Shown one piece after another: positions 8,747 to 18,949 of a stretch of DNA of 64,000 nt. The notes beneath the pieces are model-generated. The model did no database searches. It had not been told where the DNA came from and saw only the letters and a program-made list of their open reading frames with translations. Each line of letters opens with the position of its first letter. Within the stretch, counting starts at the first letter, position 1. The stretch comes from a virus. The DNA lies in IMG/VR virus record IMGVR_UViG_3300028377_000004, positions 32,001 through 96,000 of that record, one strand, 5' to 3'. A program made the translations under genes and the position numbers.

Positions 8747-9886
8747 GTGAGGGAGATAATGGTGGCAGTATTAAAGATGTCTGAAATTGCGCAGTCAAAA
8801 GAACCACTAGTCATTATGATGATCGGCGCTTCGGGAAGTGGCAAGAGTACCCTTGCACATGAGTTGACTACTTTCCGAGATGATATGATTGTGGTATCCT
8901 CTGACGATACTCGTGAGCTTCTTACGGGAGATCCAGGCAATATGCCTATCTCTCGTTTGGCTTTTGAGCATATTCATACGATCTTGGAAACCCGATCAAG
9001 GCATGGAGTCAGCACGGTATTTGATGCAACTTCCCTGAAACGTGCCGACCGAATGGCTATTATGGCGAGTGCCCGGAAAAGTGATCGACATTTTAAGGTG
9101 GTGGGTGTTCTGGTAGAAACTCCCCTAGAGACGTGTAAAGCCCGCCAACACATGAGGGACCGTCAAGTACCCGAGTACGTGATTGAAAAACATCACAATA
9201 GCTATCAGGCTTCCAAGAAGAACGTTTTGGAGGAGAGGTTTGATGCTTTATTCATCTATGATACAGAGGAAAAAACCCTTACGGAATTAGAAACGTTTAC
9301 CCCTCCCGAGCCGTCCCTTGATATCGCCAATATTGTTACGGCGTTTAATAAGAAGACGATAGGCTCGAAAGTAACAGATCCGATTCCCTTTCTTGCCACT
9401 TTGAGTAAAGCCTTAAAAGCTACAGACTTTGGTAATCAGAGAGTGAAGGGGCAGGCATATATCCCCCTTAACGAAGCTGTTCCTTATGTATCGTGCGGGG
9501 TAGGAATTGGTACGGGGGATCCGTCAGACTATGTGATCAGAGAACACCGAGGAAATATGGGTTTGTATCTCAAAAGAGAACATGCTGCTCCAACCAAAAA
9601 CTTGGCAGTTGTTGTATATACCAGAGATGCCTATATGGCAGACCCTGATGTACAAGAGAATACGGAAGAATTCCAGAGAGCTACGGATTCGGATTCTACG
9701 CACTTCTTGGTAGCAGTCCTAGCAAGTGCTGGGGATCACAGCCCGCACACTCCAGGACGTTTTGTACGGAATCTGGCGGGAGGTAATCATGAAGCTATGT
9801 TCTGGACTGCCTCGGAGATTCGCAAGAAGGCCCAAGAAATTGTATCCTATTATGATGAAGAAAACTGGAAAGTGGTGGCAGACTGA
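8747..9886 (+). CDS. Polynucleotide 5'-kinase (Pnkp kinase/AAA_33 type) fused to an unknown C-terminal domain
   Basis: IGASGSGKST P-loop, VSSDDTR, DATSL and RDRQVPEYVIEKH resemble the kinase module of bacterial Pnkp. The start may be ATG 8759. Confidence 0.85.
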   Translation: MREIMVAVLKMSEIAQSKEPLVIMMIGASGSGKSTLAHELTTFRDDMIVVSSDDTRELLTGDPGNMPISRLAFEHIHTILETRSRHGVSTVFDATSLKRADRMAIMASARKSDRHFKVVGVLVETPLETCKARQHMRDRQVPEYVIEKHHNSYQASKKNVLEERFDALFIYDTEEKTLTELETFTPPEPSLDIANIVTAFNKKTIGSKVTDPIPFLATLSKALKATDFGNQRVKGQAYIPLNEAVPYVSCGVGIGTGDPSDYVIREHRGNMGLYLKREHAAPTKNLAVVVYTRDAYMADPDVQENTEEFQRATDSDSTHFLVAVLASAGDHSPHTPGRFVRNLAGGNHEAMFWTASEIRKKAQEIVSYYDEENWKVVAD

Positions 9887-10051
9887 GGAGACAATTAGAG
9901 GAAATGAATTCTTATTTGGACGACCATACTTGTTTTCGTATTTCAGGGGAAGAGGACTAAATCCTATCACGTTGCGGGAAGAATGATCCTATCTAATTTG
10001 TTTTTAGAACAGAAAATAGTAGAAGACAAGTAAAGAGATGAGATCATTATT

Positions 10052-10597
10052 ATGACCGGAATTATTTATATCATACAGGCTACAGGAACTGATCGCTATA
10101 AAGTAGGGTTTACTGCAAGAGACCCTGTAAAAAGATTAGCAGAGTTACAAATAGGAAGTCCTTTTCCACTGGAACTAAATCATTTCTTTTCAGGTTCGAT
10201 GCGAGAAGAAAAAGACTTGCACGAAGCCCTGAGCCCTTTTCATGTGGGCGGCGAATGGTTTGAAATCAAAATGGGTCCTCTTCTGGAAGCTATCTCCTAT
10301 ACTAAACAAAGCGTACTTGCTCCTTCTTCTAATTCAGACCTTGGGACTACTCAGGAAGATACCACATTAGAGAAGGGGGAGTATGGACCCATTAAGGTGG
10401 TGAAAGGTCCTCATAAGGGATGTGAGGGATTTTTTAGCGAAGATGTGGAGGAAGACCTGTGGAACGTGGAGGAAGGCTACCTCACCTTTCTAGAGGACTC
10501 TGAGAAAACGGGAGAAACCACTTTCCAAGTGACCAAAGTATATTTGGAAGGAGTCGGTTCTGTAATATTGCCGTATTCAGTTTTGGTTTCTATTTAA
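10052..10597 (+). CDS. T5orf172/MUG113-type GIY-YIG domain protein
   Basis: IYII...YKVGFT..P..RL.ELQ.GSP...EKDLH...GEWF. Confidence 0.8.
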   Translation: MTGIIYIIQATGTDRYKVGFTARDPVKRLAELQIGSPFPLELNHFFSGSMREEKDLHEALSPFHVGGEWFEIKMGPLLEAISYTKQSVLAPSSNSDLGTTQEDTTLEKGEYGPIKVVKGPHKGCEGFFSEDVEEDLWNVEEGYLTFLEDSEKTGETTFQVTKVYLEGVGSVILPYSVLVSI

Positions 10598-10610
10598 AAA
10601 GACGGTTATT

Positions 10611-10642
10611 TTTTTATGGTATCTAGTCATAGACCATAAAAA
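10611..10642 (+). other. Intergenic inverted repeat
   Basis: tttttatgg...ccataaaaa at the boundary between the accessory and structural clusters. Confidence 0.45.
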
Positions 10643-10669
10643 GCCTTTCACTCTCCTTCTGAGGTCCTA

Positions 10670-11191
10670 ATGAATCTTAAAAAACAGTTAATCCAATTAG
10701 GTGAAGACCACAAAGATCTTAGACCTCATCTGAAAGTCCTCGTAGATTATCTACAAGACAAAGAAGGGGGGTCGTGGTATGATAAGGGGGAAACTAGCCC
10801 TAAAACTGAACCTTCTGAGGCTCCAAGCCCTACTCATAAAATACCTGAAGGTAAAGACCAGATATTTTCAGGTTCACCGGATTCTCTGAGAGCTTTTAAT
10901 ACCGTCATCCTTCCTCAGATCCAGGCAAAAGCTGATGCTTTTTCTTTTGAGGATATGACCAAAATGATGGAAGAGATAGATTCCCTTGGTACCTCAAAAA
11001 ATACGGAATTAGAAAATGCTCTTATTGTATGTAAACCTGTTTCAATGAACACGGGTAAATTTTATCAAGAGATTCAAAACGTGTTCAAGGATTGGATGCG
11101 TCCCAAGTTAAAAGGGGAAGGACAAGGACAAGAGGAGGGATCTACAGAAAAAGAAGATTCTAAAAAAGAATACAACTTTAATTTTCAGTAA
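10670..11191 (+). CDS. Hypothetical protein with N-terminal LxxxLIxLG..LRPHL tag
   Basis: MNLKKQLIQLGEDHKDLRPHLKVLV. Confidence 0.75.
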   Translation: MNLKKQLIQLGEDHKDLRPHLKVLVDYLQDKEGGSWYDKGETSPKTEPSEAPSPTHKIPEGKDQIFSGSPDSLRAFNTVILPQIQAKADAFSFEDMTKMMEEIDSLGTSKNTELENALIVCKPVSMNTGKFYQEIQNVFKDWMRPKLKGEGQGQEEGSTEKEDSKKEYNFNFQ

Positions 11192-11197
11192 ATAAAA

Positions 11198-12019
11198 ATG
11201 GCTATTCTACCAAATTCATCGTTTGTGCGGGTTTTGCATCTGGGAAACAGTCAAGGGTCTATTTATCTTAATGATATTGATACCTATTTAAACCGATATC
11301 CAGAGCTAAAAATCCCTGTCTACGTTCCTTTCGAGAGGACAATAGACATTCCATTAGTTGATGAGGTCTTGATCTCTTATAATAGGGGATCGCTTCATAA
11401 ACACGCTCAAAACAATCTCATTGAAGTCTTCATTTTCTCTGAGAAATCCGTAGTCGAACTAATAAATGTCACTAATCATCAGTCAAAACTTGATAGTGAT
11501 ATCATTTTAGTCAATACCAGCCTTTCTGATGTTACCGTTACCCTACCAGACCTTAGTATACTTCCAGAAGGGCGAGAAATCTTCATTAAGAAGACCACTG
11601 ACGATGTTAATAACCTGATTATAGAAGCACAGGTACCCGATCAAATTGATAGAGACTCTTTGGAAGTAATTACCTCCGCACCTTTTGGTGCCTTCACTTT
11701 AAGAGCAGGCGCTGGAGGTTGGTGGATAGCCTCAGAGCATCCTTCGGGAACTGTATTAGATGATGATGGTGGTGGGGGTGGTGGAGATTTCGAGCCCGTA
11801 AAAATCTATGCGAACTTAGCTTCTAGAGACTCTACGGAACCTAGTTTTGTTTATGTAGGAAAAGTCGAAGCCGTAGGTACTTCTGAGGATAGTCCCTCTT
11901 GGCGGATTTATCGTCAAAACGTAGCAAATACAAATACGCCACAGGAATTTGCGGGTGGCACAGTCGAGTATATTCATAAATGGACAGAAAGAGAATCATT
12001 GACCTACGAGGAGATCTAA
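11198..12019 (+). CDS. Hypothetical, probable virion structural protein
   Basis: Beta-rich ORF leading the fibre-like cluster; poly-Gly linker. Confidence 0.6.
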   Translation: MAILPNSSFVRVLHLGNSQGSIYLNDIDTYLNRYPELKIPVYVPFERTIDIPLVDEVLISYNRGSLHKHAQNNLIEVFIFSEKSVVELINVTNHQSKLDSDIILVNTSLSDVTVTLPDLSILPEGREIFIKKTTDDVNNLIIEAQVPDQIDRDSLEVITSAPFGAFTLRAGAGGWWIASEHPSGTVLDDDGGGGGGDFEPVKIYANLASRDSTEPSFVYVGKVEAVGTSEDSPSWRIYRQNVANTNTPQEFAGGTVEYIHKWTERESLTYEEI

Positions 12020-12442
12020 ATGAGTGAGAAAATTATCAAAGTAGCGGGACTTTGGGAACGGGGTTGGTCAACACCCATCATGGAAGTAGACCTCTGGCAA
12101 TTCCCACTAAGAGACTTTGGAGTTCAAACATTGTATATGACTCCTATTTCTGGTATTGCATCGAACAAGGTTGAAGAAAGGTCTTCGCTTACTGAAATAT
12201 TGGAAGAGGCAGATCAGGAAGGACTTACCGTTGTTTTCGTGGACGAGAACGGAAGTTCCTCCCTAGAAGAATTTGAGCATCCTGACAAGGTACTTTACGT
12301 TTTTGGAAAAGCGGGAAGTGCTGCGACTATTCATGCTCGTTCCAAGGATCTCTCCATTAGCATTTCTACAGTAGCCAACAAAGGTCTTTTATGGCCGCAC
12401 CAAGCTGCTTCTATCGTCCTCTATGACCGACACCTGAAGTGA
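12020..12442 (+). CDS. SPOUT (SpoU/TrmL-like) methyltransferase-like protein
   Basis: VVFVDENG..SLEEFEHPDKVLYVFG..G...SISI....LW..QAASIVLYDR resembles the SPOUT trefoil-knot C-terminus. Confidence 0.6.
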   Translation: MSEKIIKVAGLWERGWSTPIMEVDLWQFPLRDFGVQTLYMTPISGIASNKVEERSSLTEILEEADQEGLTVVFVDENGSSSLEEFEHPDKVLYVFGKAGSAATIHARSKDLSISISTVANKGLLWPHQAASIVLYDRHLK

Positions 12443-12449
12443 GATTATT

Positions 12450-14051
12450 ATGGCTGTAACAATCACAGACAATCGCACCACTATTTCCGCTGCCAATGCC
12501 ACTACAGGTTGGACCAGCACGGCGGGTCATGATACTTTCACTGCGCAACCTTCTCCCGTTGAAGGTACTGCCTGCCTTGGTATGCAGGTATCTAATGCCC
12601 AAGAGGATGCGTATTTCACATTACCTGCTTCCGTAAATATGGGGGGCACCGGGACATTGGTCTATCAGTGGGTTTTTCCTCGTGGGGAAATGGCAACCAC
12701 TGCTAATGGGGGTATCCAACTCCAATTAGGAGACGGGACCAACCGTATAGGTTTTCACCTAGCGGGCGCTGACATCGCACCTTTTCGGCACGACCAAGGG
12801 CCAGTTGGTTGGCAGTGTATGGTTTTAGACACTGCAAATCTTCCTACGTCTTTCACGGTCTTATCAGGGTCAAGGGTGGGCCTTAACCTGTCTGCAATCA
12901 CACAGGTTGGAGTTGTCTTTACCACACTTGTTAAGTCTGTTGGTGGTGTGGAAAACTGTTTCTGGGATGTATCAAGACGAGGCACAGGGGGCTTGACTAT
13001 TACTGGAGGATCTGTTGGGGATCCAGGAAAGTTCTCAGAGATCGCAACCCTCGACCGGTCTACCGGAGCAGGACAAGGATACGGAATCATTAGACAGTTG
13101 GGTGCAGGTGTTTTTGGATTGCAAGGCCCTCTAACTTTTGGATCAGGTGCAACCGCTACTTATTTCTCAGACCAAAATGCTACCCTTGTTTTCGAAGATC
13201 GCAATTTCCTTGATGATAAATATACAGTTACAGTACAGGGGAGTGGAACTACTTTCCAATTGGGATTGCCTGCGGGAGCTACCGGGGGTTCTGATGGATG
13301 TACTTTTGTCACTCCCACAACCACTGCTTCTAGGTGGATAGCAACGGATACAGGAACTGCTAATCTCAACATTTATGGCTCTACCTTCACAGGATTTCGA
13401 GAGGGAATAGCTTTTTCTTCCGGAGCAAATGCAGTTGATCACGAGTTTTTCGGAAATACCGTCCGGCTATCTGGACAGGTAGACATGGGACGGGTGACTA
13501 CTCGAAAGAGCACTTTTACAGGATATTCGGGTGCGGACGGAGCCCTCCTCTGGAACGAAAATATTGATATTCAGGACTGCTCCTTTGAAGGTAATGCGGA
13601 TGCTACTAATAATCCAGCCGGTATTGAGCATCCCTCATCAGTAGGGACGCCCTATTCGTACCCAGACCTAACGTTCTCTTCTAATGATTTTGATATTTTC
13701 AACTCGTCAGGTTCTGCGATCACAGTACAGGCACAGGGAACGTCTAACCCTTCCACATCGAGGGGGTCGGCTGTTGCCATTGAAAATGTGGTTTCGCTCA
13801 CACTCACGGGATTGGAGACAGATTCTGAGGTCCGAATCTTTCGGGTTTCCGACAATTTGGAGCTAGGAGGTACCGAAAGCTCCACAGATACTTTTGTACT
13901 TTCCTACAACTATACGGGTGATACTGAAGTTTACATCGTAGTTCACCATCTCAATTTCAGATATCTTAGATTGGCAAATGTAACATTGACCTCTTCTAAC
14001 GCTGTTCTACCTATCCAACAACAGGTAGATCGGGTCTATAATAACCCATGA
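12450..14051 (+). CDS. Putative fibre/receptor-binding structural protein (beta-helix-like)
   Basis: Thr/Gly/Ser-rich, beta-rich 533 aa; ends DRVYNNP. Confidence 0.6.
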   Translation: MAVTITDNRTTISAANATTGWTSTAGHDTFTAQPSPVEGTACLGMQVSNAQEDAYFTLPASVNMGGTGTLVYQWVFPRGEMATTANGGIQLQLGDGTNRIGFHLAGADIAPFRHDQGPVGWQCMVLDTANLPTSFTVLSGSRVGLNLSAITQVGVVFTTLVKSVGGVENCFWDVSRRGTGGLTITGGSVGDPGKFSEIATLDRSTGAGQGYGIIRQLGAGVFGLQGPLTFGSGATATYFSDQNATLVFEDRNFLDDKYTVTVQGSGTTFQLGLPAGATGGSDGCTFVTPTTTASRWIATDTGTANLNIYGSTFTGFREGIAFSSGANAVDHEFFGNTVRLSGQVDMGRVTTRKSTFTGYSGADGALLWNENIDIQDCSFEGNADATNNPAGIEHPSSVGTPYSYPDLTFSSNDFDIFNSSGSAITVQAQGTSNPSTSRGSAVAIENVVSLTLTGLETDSEVRIFRVSDNLELGGTESSTDTFVLSYNYTGDTEVYIVVHHLNFRYLRLANVTLTSSNAVLPIQQQVDRVYNNP

Positions 14052-14151
14052 TCCTCAATGATGGAATTCACTATTCTATTTATTAGCTAGAGAAGTAGAC
14101 TCTAGGTCCCTTTATCTTTTTTAATATACAAACCCTCTCGGAGAATTCAAA

Positions 14152-16554
14152 ATGGTCGTAATTGATCCAGACAACTTAGACCGATTTCAGGTCATTTTCG
14201 GAACAGAAGCGGAACGCATTTCTTTGCGTCCTGTTTCTCTTACTGTAACCACACAGTCCTCTACAGGCAGCACTACTGTATCTACCACTACGTTCACGGA
14301 CTTAAATGCTACCTTCGACACCGATGGGGTAGCAGTAGGAGACGTCATCTGTGCCCAGACGAGTTTAGACTCCGGCCACTATATCATCACGAGCGTAGAC
14401 TCTGAGACGGAGCTTACGGTGGACACAGACGAAACTTTCACTACCTTTGAGGGGTCTACTGACATTGTATATGATATTAGGGAGCCGGGAGCAGGTTCAA
14501 TCGAACCCGGTGTTACGTTGCAGGCACTCTACTCCTTTGGTAAAGAGGAATGGAGAACCGACGTTGAAAACTTCGGCGGCGATGACTTGATTCGTCATAC
14601 ATTTCCTTTTGAGGCGATTACGTCGGAGCAGTTTGAGATTGGTGGTGGTAATGCACACACGGATTGGACATGGCAGAACGACTTCACTAGAAAAGCAGTA
14701 CGAACGGGAGGTTGGGCCGATAACATTACTAATGGTACAACCGAAGAAGAATATGCTGGGATTATTACACTTGGTGCTCTGGACTCTGATACTCAGGTCT
14801 ATTTCCAGCAAGAAAATGTAGATGCGGTCCCTACGAACTTTGAGTTCTTAGGACCTGTTAATGAAGCTATTCCTGTTTTCGAGACGGGAAATGACCGCAG
14901 GGGATTCCTCAAGCTATTTGCCCGGAAAAAAGCGAGAACGTATGCTGGTTCTGAGATCAGTGACATTGGTGTTACGACGATCCAGACGATTGTTAACCGT
15001 TTCCCGCTGGCGCACGCACTTGATGCTGCTATCTCAGTAAGTGATGGTGCTATCCTAGGATCTTCACCTTATAGAAATCAGCAGACAGTGGTCCCCTCAG
15101 CTTCCGCAGTTTTGGCGAACGTAGATGGCTTGACAGGAACTGTGACGGCTTCGGGAGAAACTTTCTTAGCAGATGGGGTTGTTGAGGGGGATTCGGTTCA
15201 TGTACTGGCAGGAACGCATGAAGGTATCTTTACCATCATCTCTGTAGATTCGGAGACGGTCCTAACGGTAGACACACAAGAGGAAGGACCTTTCACTGCG
15301 GTATCACCTAGTGTAGATGTAACAAGTACCATCCGACACGCTGACATCTCCTCCGGTGTCGCCAGTGACTATACGGACGGTGTTACTTCCAATATTGATG
15401 ATGATACAGGAACATTTACTTCGACTACCGGAGGGTTTACTGCCTCGGGAGTGGCGGTAGGAGACCTTCTTATTATCAGTGAGACTGGAAACGTTAATGC
15501 AGGGGTTTACAAGGTCCTCAATGTGGTTTCAGACACCGAACTTACAGTTGACACAGGGGATCGACCTTTCGTTGGTGATACTGCTATGGATTTCAGGGTA
15601 GTGCTTCCCGGCATGTATCTGGAATTCAAAGAGGATTTCATTACTCTTGGTGCTACTGGAGACTTGACTTTCGATTCCGCTACCCGTACTATTGAAAGAG
15701 CTTCGGGGTCTTGGGTAACAGATGAGGTTAGCACAGGTACAATTCTCACGGTAACAGGATCTGCGTCTAATAATGACGTGTATACTGTCGAATCCGTTAC
15801 TGCCACCACAATAACGCTAGTTCCCAGTAACACACTAGTCGACGAAGGCCCTACCTCAGATCCTACGCTCACTGCTTTTGATGCATATAAGAGATCCATT
15901 GGTGGGACTACTTATGCGTATAGATGGAGATTAACAGGAAATAACGCGAGTGCTGCCAATTGTTATCAATTCATTCAGCACCAACTGAGACAGCCTTCCG
16001 ATATTGACTATTCGGACGTAGGACATAGGGGAGATGTTACAGATCTTCTGATGAATTATGCTGCTCCTACGGGAGTTGGACTGGATATGTTTATCCAAGA
16101 CCTCTCTTCTTCCGATATCAATAATATGACGTTTCAGGACGCTACTGAAACGAATCGTCAGTTCCCTTTCTTGGCTGCGGGCCAGCTCAACTTCAACGTC
16201 AACTTGGTCAATGATACCAACGCGAAATATTGGCTTTTCTTTTCCGATGATAGTGCTGGAGATAATGCTGGAAATAACTTTGGAACAGAAAATGCTATTA
16301 TTGTTGAAGATGCGGATGGCGTTCCGATCGCGGGACAGGTTGGGGGTGACGGAACCATCTCATTCACTTTCGACTATGATGGTAATACACAAAGAGGAGC
16401 GGGGTCAGCAGGTACTAATGCTCCAGTGACCCTGGTTGCCATTGGACTTACCACGGCTCAGTACGTTATTGCTAACGGTACGATTGCAAGATCCGTTGCT
16501 AACGTTATCTCTGCGGTCGCCGCCTTGGAGAGGAATTATAGCAATCCTGCATGA
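14152..16554 (+). CDS. Putative virion structural protein with four internal beta repeats
   Basis: Repeated F..DGV..GD.......G.(Y/F).I.SVDSET.LTVDT units; ends ERNYSNPA. Confidence 0.7.
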   Translation: MVVIDPDNLDRFQVIFGTEAERISLRPVSLTVTTQSSTGSTTVSTTTFTDLNATFDTDGVAVGDVICAQTSLDSGHYIITSVDSETELTVDTDETFTTFEGSTDIVYDIREPGAGSIEPGVTLQALYSFGKEEWRTDVENFGGDDLIRHTFPFEAITSEQFEIGGGNAHTDWTWQNDFTRKAVRTGGWADNITNGTTEEEYAGIITLGALDSDTQVYFQQENVDAVPTNFEFLGPVNEAIPVFETGNDRRGFLKLFARKKARTYAGSEISDIGVTTIQTIVNRFPLAHALDAAISVSDGAILGSSPYRNQQTVVPSASAVLANVDGLTGTVTASGETFLADGVVEGDSVHVLAGTHEGIFTIISVDSETVLTVDTQEEGPFTAVSPSVDVTSTIRHADISSGVASDYTDGVTSNIDDDTGTFTSTTGGFTASGVAVGDLLIISETGNVNAGVYKVLNVVSDTELTVDTGDRPFVGDTAMDFRVVLPGMYLEFKEDFITLGATGDLTFDSATRTIERASGSWVTDEVSTGTILTVTGSASNNDVYTVESVTATTITLVPSNTLVDEGPTSDPTLTAFDAYKRSIGGTTYAYRWRLTGNNASAANCYQFIQHQLRQPSDIDYSDVGHRGDVTDLLMNYAAPTGVGLDMFIQDLSSSDINNMTFQDATETNRQFPFLAAGQLNFNVNLVNDTNAKYWLFFSDDSAGDNAGNNFGTENAIIVEDADGVPIAGQVGGDGTISFTFDYDGNTQRGAGSAGTNAPVTLVAIGLTTAQYVIANGTIARSVANVISAVAALERNYSNPA

Positions 16555-16560
16555 TTTCAA

Positions 16561-16730
16561 GGTCTTATATATAAAGACGTCTTACTGTCTCAGGCACTTT
16601 TAAGCCTATGATCGAAGCTTGCTACTCCCACTTCAAGGTGGGAGTAGCAAGACAAGATAAGACGTATCCAGAACCGTCATCTCAATGATAGTTAATCATA
16701 AAACTTATACGCAGCCTCCAAGGTGCGTAC
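16561..16730 (+). ncRNA. Candidate structured RNA/DNA element (multi-hairpin)
   Basis: Perfect 14-bp hairpin cttgctactcccac/gtgggagtagcaag (16618-16651), enclosed by an acgtctta..tgtct/agaca..taagacgt stem, with two further hairpins downstream. Confidence 0.4.
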
Positions 16731-16755
16731 CCCCTTAATAGAAGAGGAGTAAATA

Positions 16756-17283
16756 ATGTCAGAAGAAGAGAATAATGAAGAGTTTTTAGAGATCGAACTA
16801 GAATCCATTGAAGAAGAAGTAGAGGAAGAGGATTTTTATGTTTTGGAAGATGTAGTATCTGAGCCTCCTCCAGCGCCACCTGAAGAGGAAGAGCCCCCCA
16901 AGGAGGTAATACCCGTTGAGAATGGTACCCCCATTAAAAAACAAACGGGGAAAGTAGATCATCTCTTTACAGAAATTGAACCCTTGATTATGGCAGCGGG
17001 AGCTGGTAGAGTAACTCGTCGACAGATAAGATATCGCCTCTTCCGGATTAGGGAAGGGGGTCGTATCCGAGAGGCGTATGATCTAGGTCTAAAATCTTTT
17101 ATGGAAGCTCAATTCACGTCAGAGATGACGTGGGAGAATTTCACCTTTGAGTGGGATGTTGCTCCTAATAACCCCCTTAAAGTCATTCCTAAAGATATCA
17201 GTAATTACGAATGGTTAGACCTAGGAGGTAAGTTTGATGGTGCAGACAAGAAAGTCCCACCGGCTTTCTCTCAACAGAAGTAA
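16756..17283 (+). CDS. Hypothetical protein with highly acidic N-terminus
   Basis: gaggag RBS; 175 aa. Confidence 0.75.
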   Translation: MSEEENNEEFLEIELESIEEEVEEEDFYVLEDVVSEPPPAPPEEEEPPKEVIPVENGTPIKKQTGKVDHLFTEIEPLIMAAGAGRVTRRQIRYRLFRIREGGRIREAYDLGLKSFMEAQFTSEMTWENFTFEWDVAPNNPLKVIPKDISNYEWLDLGGKFDGADKKVPPAFSQQK

Positions 17284-17327
17284 GGTAGGATACGCAGTAG
17301 TAAGTATATTTTTAAGGTTAAGGTCCT

Positions 17328-18935
17328 ATGGCAGAAATGAAGTTCATACGAGTACCTCCAGACTCTACAGGGAAGAGGGTCACGCACGGACTTACGATTC
17401 ACCTCCTATATAATGGGGGAACGCAGGATTTTGAGTTGGGAGATACTGTAATAGGCGAAAACTCTGGTGCCATCGGAGAAGTAGGACTTGTTCAGGAGGG
17501 AAGTACCACTGAACAAGGGGCACTTCATGTCATTATGGCTTTGGAAAGTCCTGACTCCTTTTCACAAAACGAAAATATAATAGTAAATGGAACTACTTAC
17601 GCTCAAGTAGCAAGTCAGATTCCAGTATACTCGCAGCATGTACAAATGGTTGGGGGCAATAACACCACGCACACAGTCGCCGTTGATGAGAAAGGCGCTA
17701 TGTTCACTAGGGCCGCGGAGGGTTCGCAGCAATTTGATGCTTTCGGCAAACTGGAGGTATCACAAAGAACGACCATTGGGGAATACACCTTCAATTATGA
17801 TCGCCAAGACGAGTATATAGAGTATGAAGAATTAGGATCTGGAGTGGTCACACACCAACCTGATTATTCAGGAATTTTGTTTACCTGCGGATCCAACACT
17901 GGTGACGTTGCTCGTGGTACCTCACACCTATACCATAAGTACCAACCCTCTATCGGACAGGTATTCCAAGCTACGGTATCTATGGGGGATGAGGGCAAGG
18001 ACAATTTAATAAGAAGATGGGGTTATTTTGATCAAAAAGATGGTATGTTTTTTGAATTAAATGGTTCTGACCTATCTGTGGTAATCAGGTCATCTGCTAC
18101 TGGAACAGTTGCGGAGACTAGGATTCTACAAAAAGATTGGAATGTAGATCGATTAAATGGGGAGGGGGGTACTTTCAACCTGAGTGGGGAAAACCTTGAT
18201 ATTACGAAAATCAATATATGGTGGATCGACTTTCAATGGTTGGGAGCGGGGAGAGTCCGTTTTGGTATTGTGATAGACGGAGTCCGAATCACAATACATT
18301 CCCAAACCGGAAACATATCTCACCTCCCCTACACGTCCACAGGGACTCTTCCAGTCCGTTTCTGTCAAGAAAACGTAGGTTCGGTAACTTCCTCTAGTCA
18401 GATGCGTGTGGTATGCTGTACGGTAGGTTGTGAGGGAGACTTCAAACCACAACATATAGGATTCTCCCCTCAATTTGACACCCCTCCTATAGCGGTAAAC
18501 TCCTTTACCGAAAAACCCTTATTTAGTGCTAGGTCCAAAGTGGAGTTCAAAGGGAAAGAAAATAGAGCAGTTATCTTGGCTCGAACGCTAACAGGTATTG
18601 TTACTGGGGCTCCTATCGCCATTCGTATCTATAAAAATGCAACACTTACTGGGGATCTATGGGTCTTAGATCCGGGACCCAGCAGTTCAGGGGAATTGGA
18701 CGGAAATGCCACCGCAGTAACGGGGGGGAGACTTCTTTGGAGTAAGATCCTCGCCCCCAACGAAAGTATAGAGCAAGATATCTCTTACCTGTTTAATTAT
18801 GAACAGGGGGAAACCATTAAAAGACATGCTAATATAGCAGAATACGATACCTACACACTAACTGCACGTCTGATTGATCCCGATGATCCTCCAGCAAAAG
18901 TTTCTATTACTTTGAACTGGCTTGAAATTCAATAA
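17328..18935 (+). CDS. Putative fibre/receptor-binding protein, paralog A
   Basis: Alignable over its full length with the next ORF; beta-sandwich-like composition. Confidence 0.65.
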   Translation: MAEMKFIRVPPDSTGKRVTHGLTIHLLYNGGTQDFELGDTVIGENSGAIGEVGLVQEGSTTEQGALHVIMALESPDSFSQNENIIVNGTTYAQVASQIPVYSQHVQMVGGNNTTHTVAVDEKGAMFTRAAEGSQQFDAFGKLEVSQRTTIGEYTFNYDRQDEYIEYEELGSGVVTHQPDYSGILFTCGSNTGDVARGTSHLYHKYQPSIGQVFQATVSMGDEGKDNLIRRWGYFDQKDGMFFELNGSDLSVVIRSSATGTVAETRILQKDWNVDRLNGEGGTFNLSGENLDITKINIWWIDFQWLGAGRVRFGIVIDGVRITIHSQTGNISHLPYTSTGTLPVRFCQENVGSVTSSSQMRVVCCTVGCEGDFKPQHIGFSPQFDTPPIAVNSFTEKPLFSARSKVEFKGKENRAVILARTLTGIVTGAPIAIRIYKNATLTGDLWVLDPGPSSSGELDGNATAVTGGRLLWSKILAPNESIEQDISYLFNYEQGETIKRHANIAEYDTYTLTARLIDPDDPPAKVSITLNWLEIQ

Positions 18936-18949
18936 AATATCAGGTTATT

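Noticed and set aside
9904-9960. 18-aa ORF with a good RBS (MNSYLDDHTCFRISGEED)
   Set aside because: Too short to support without conservation or ribosome-profiling data.
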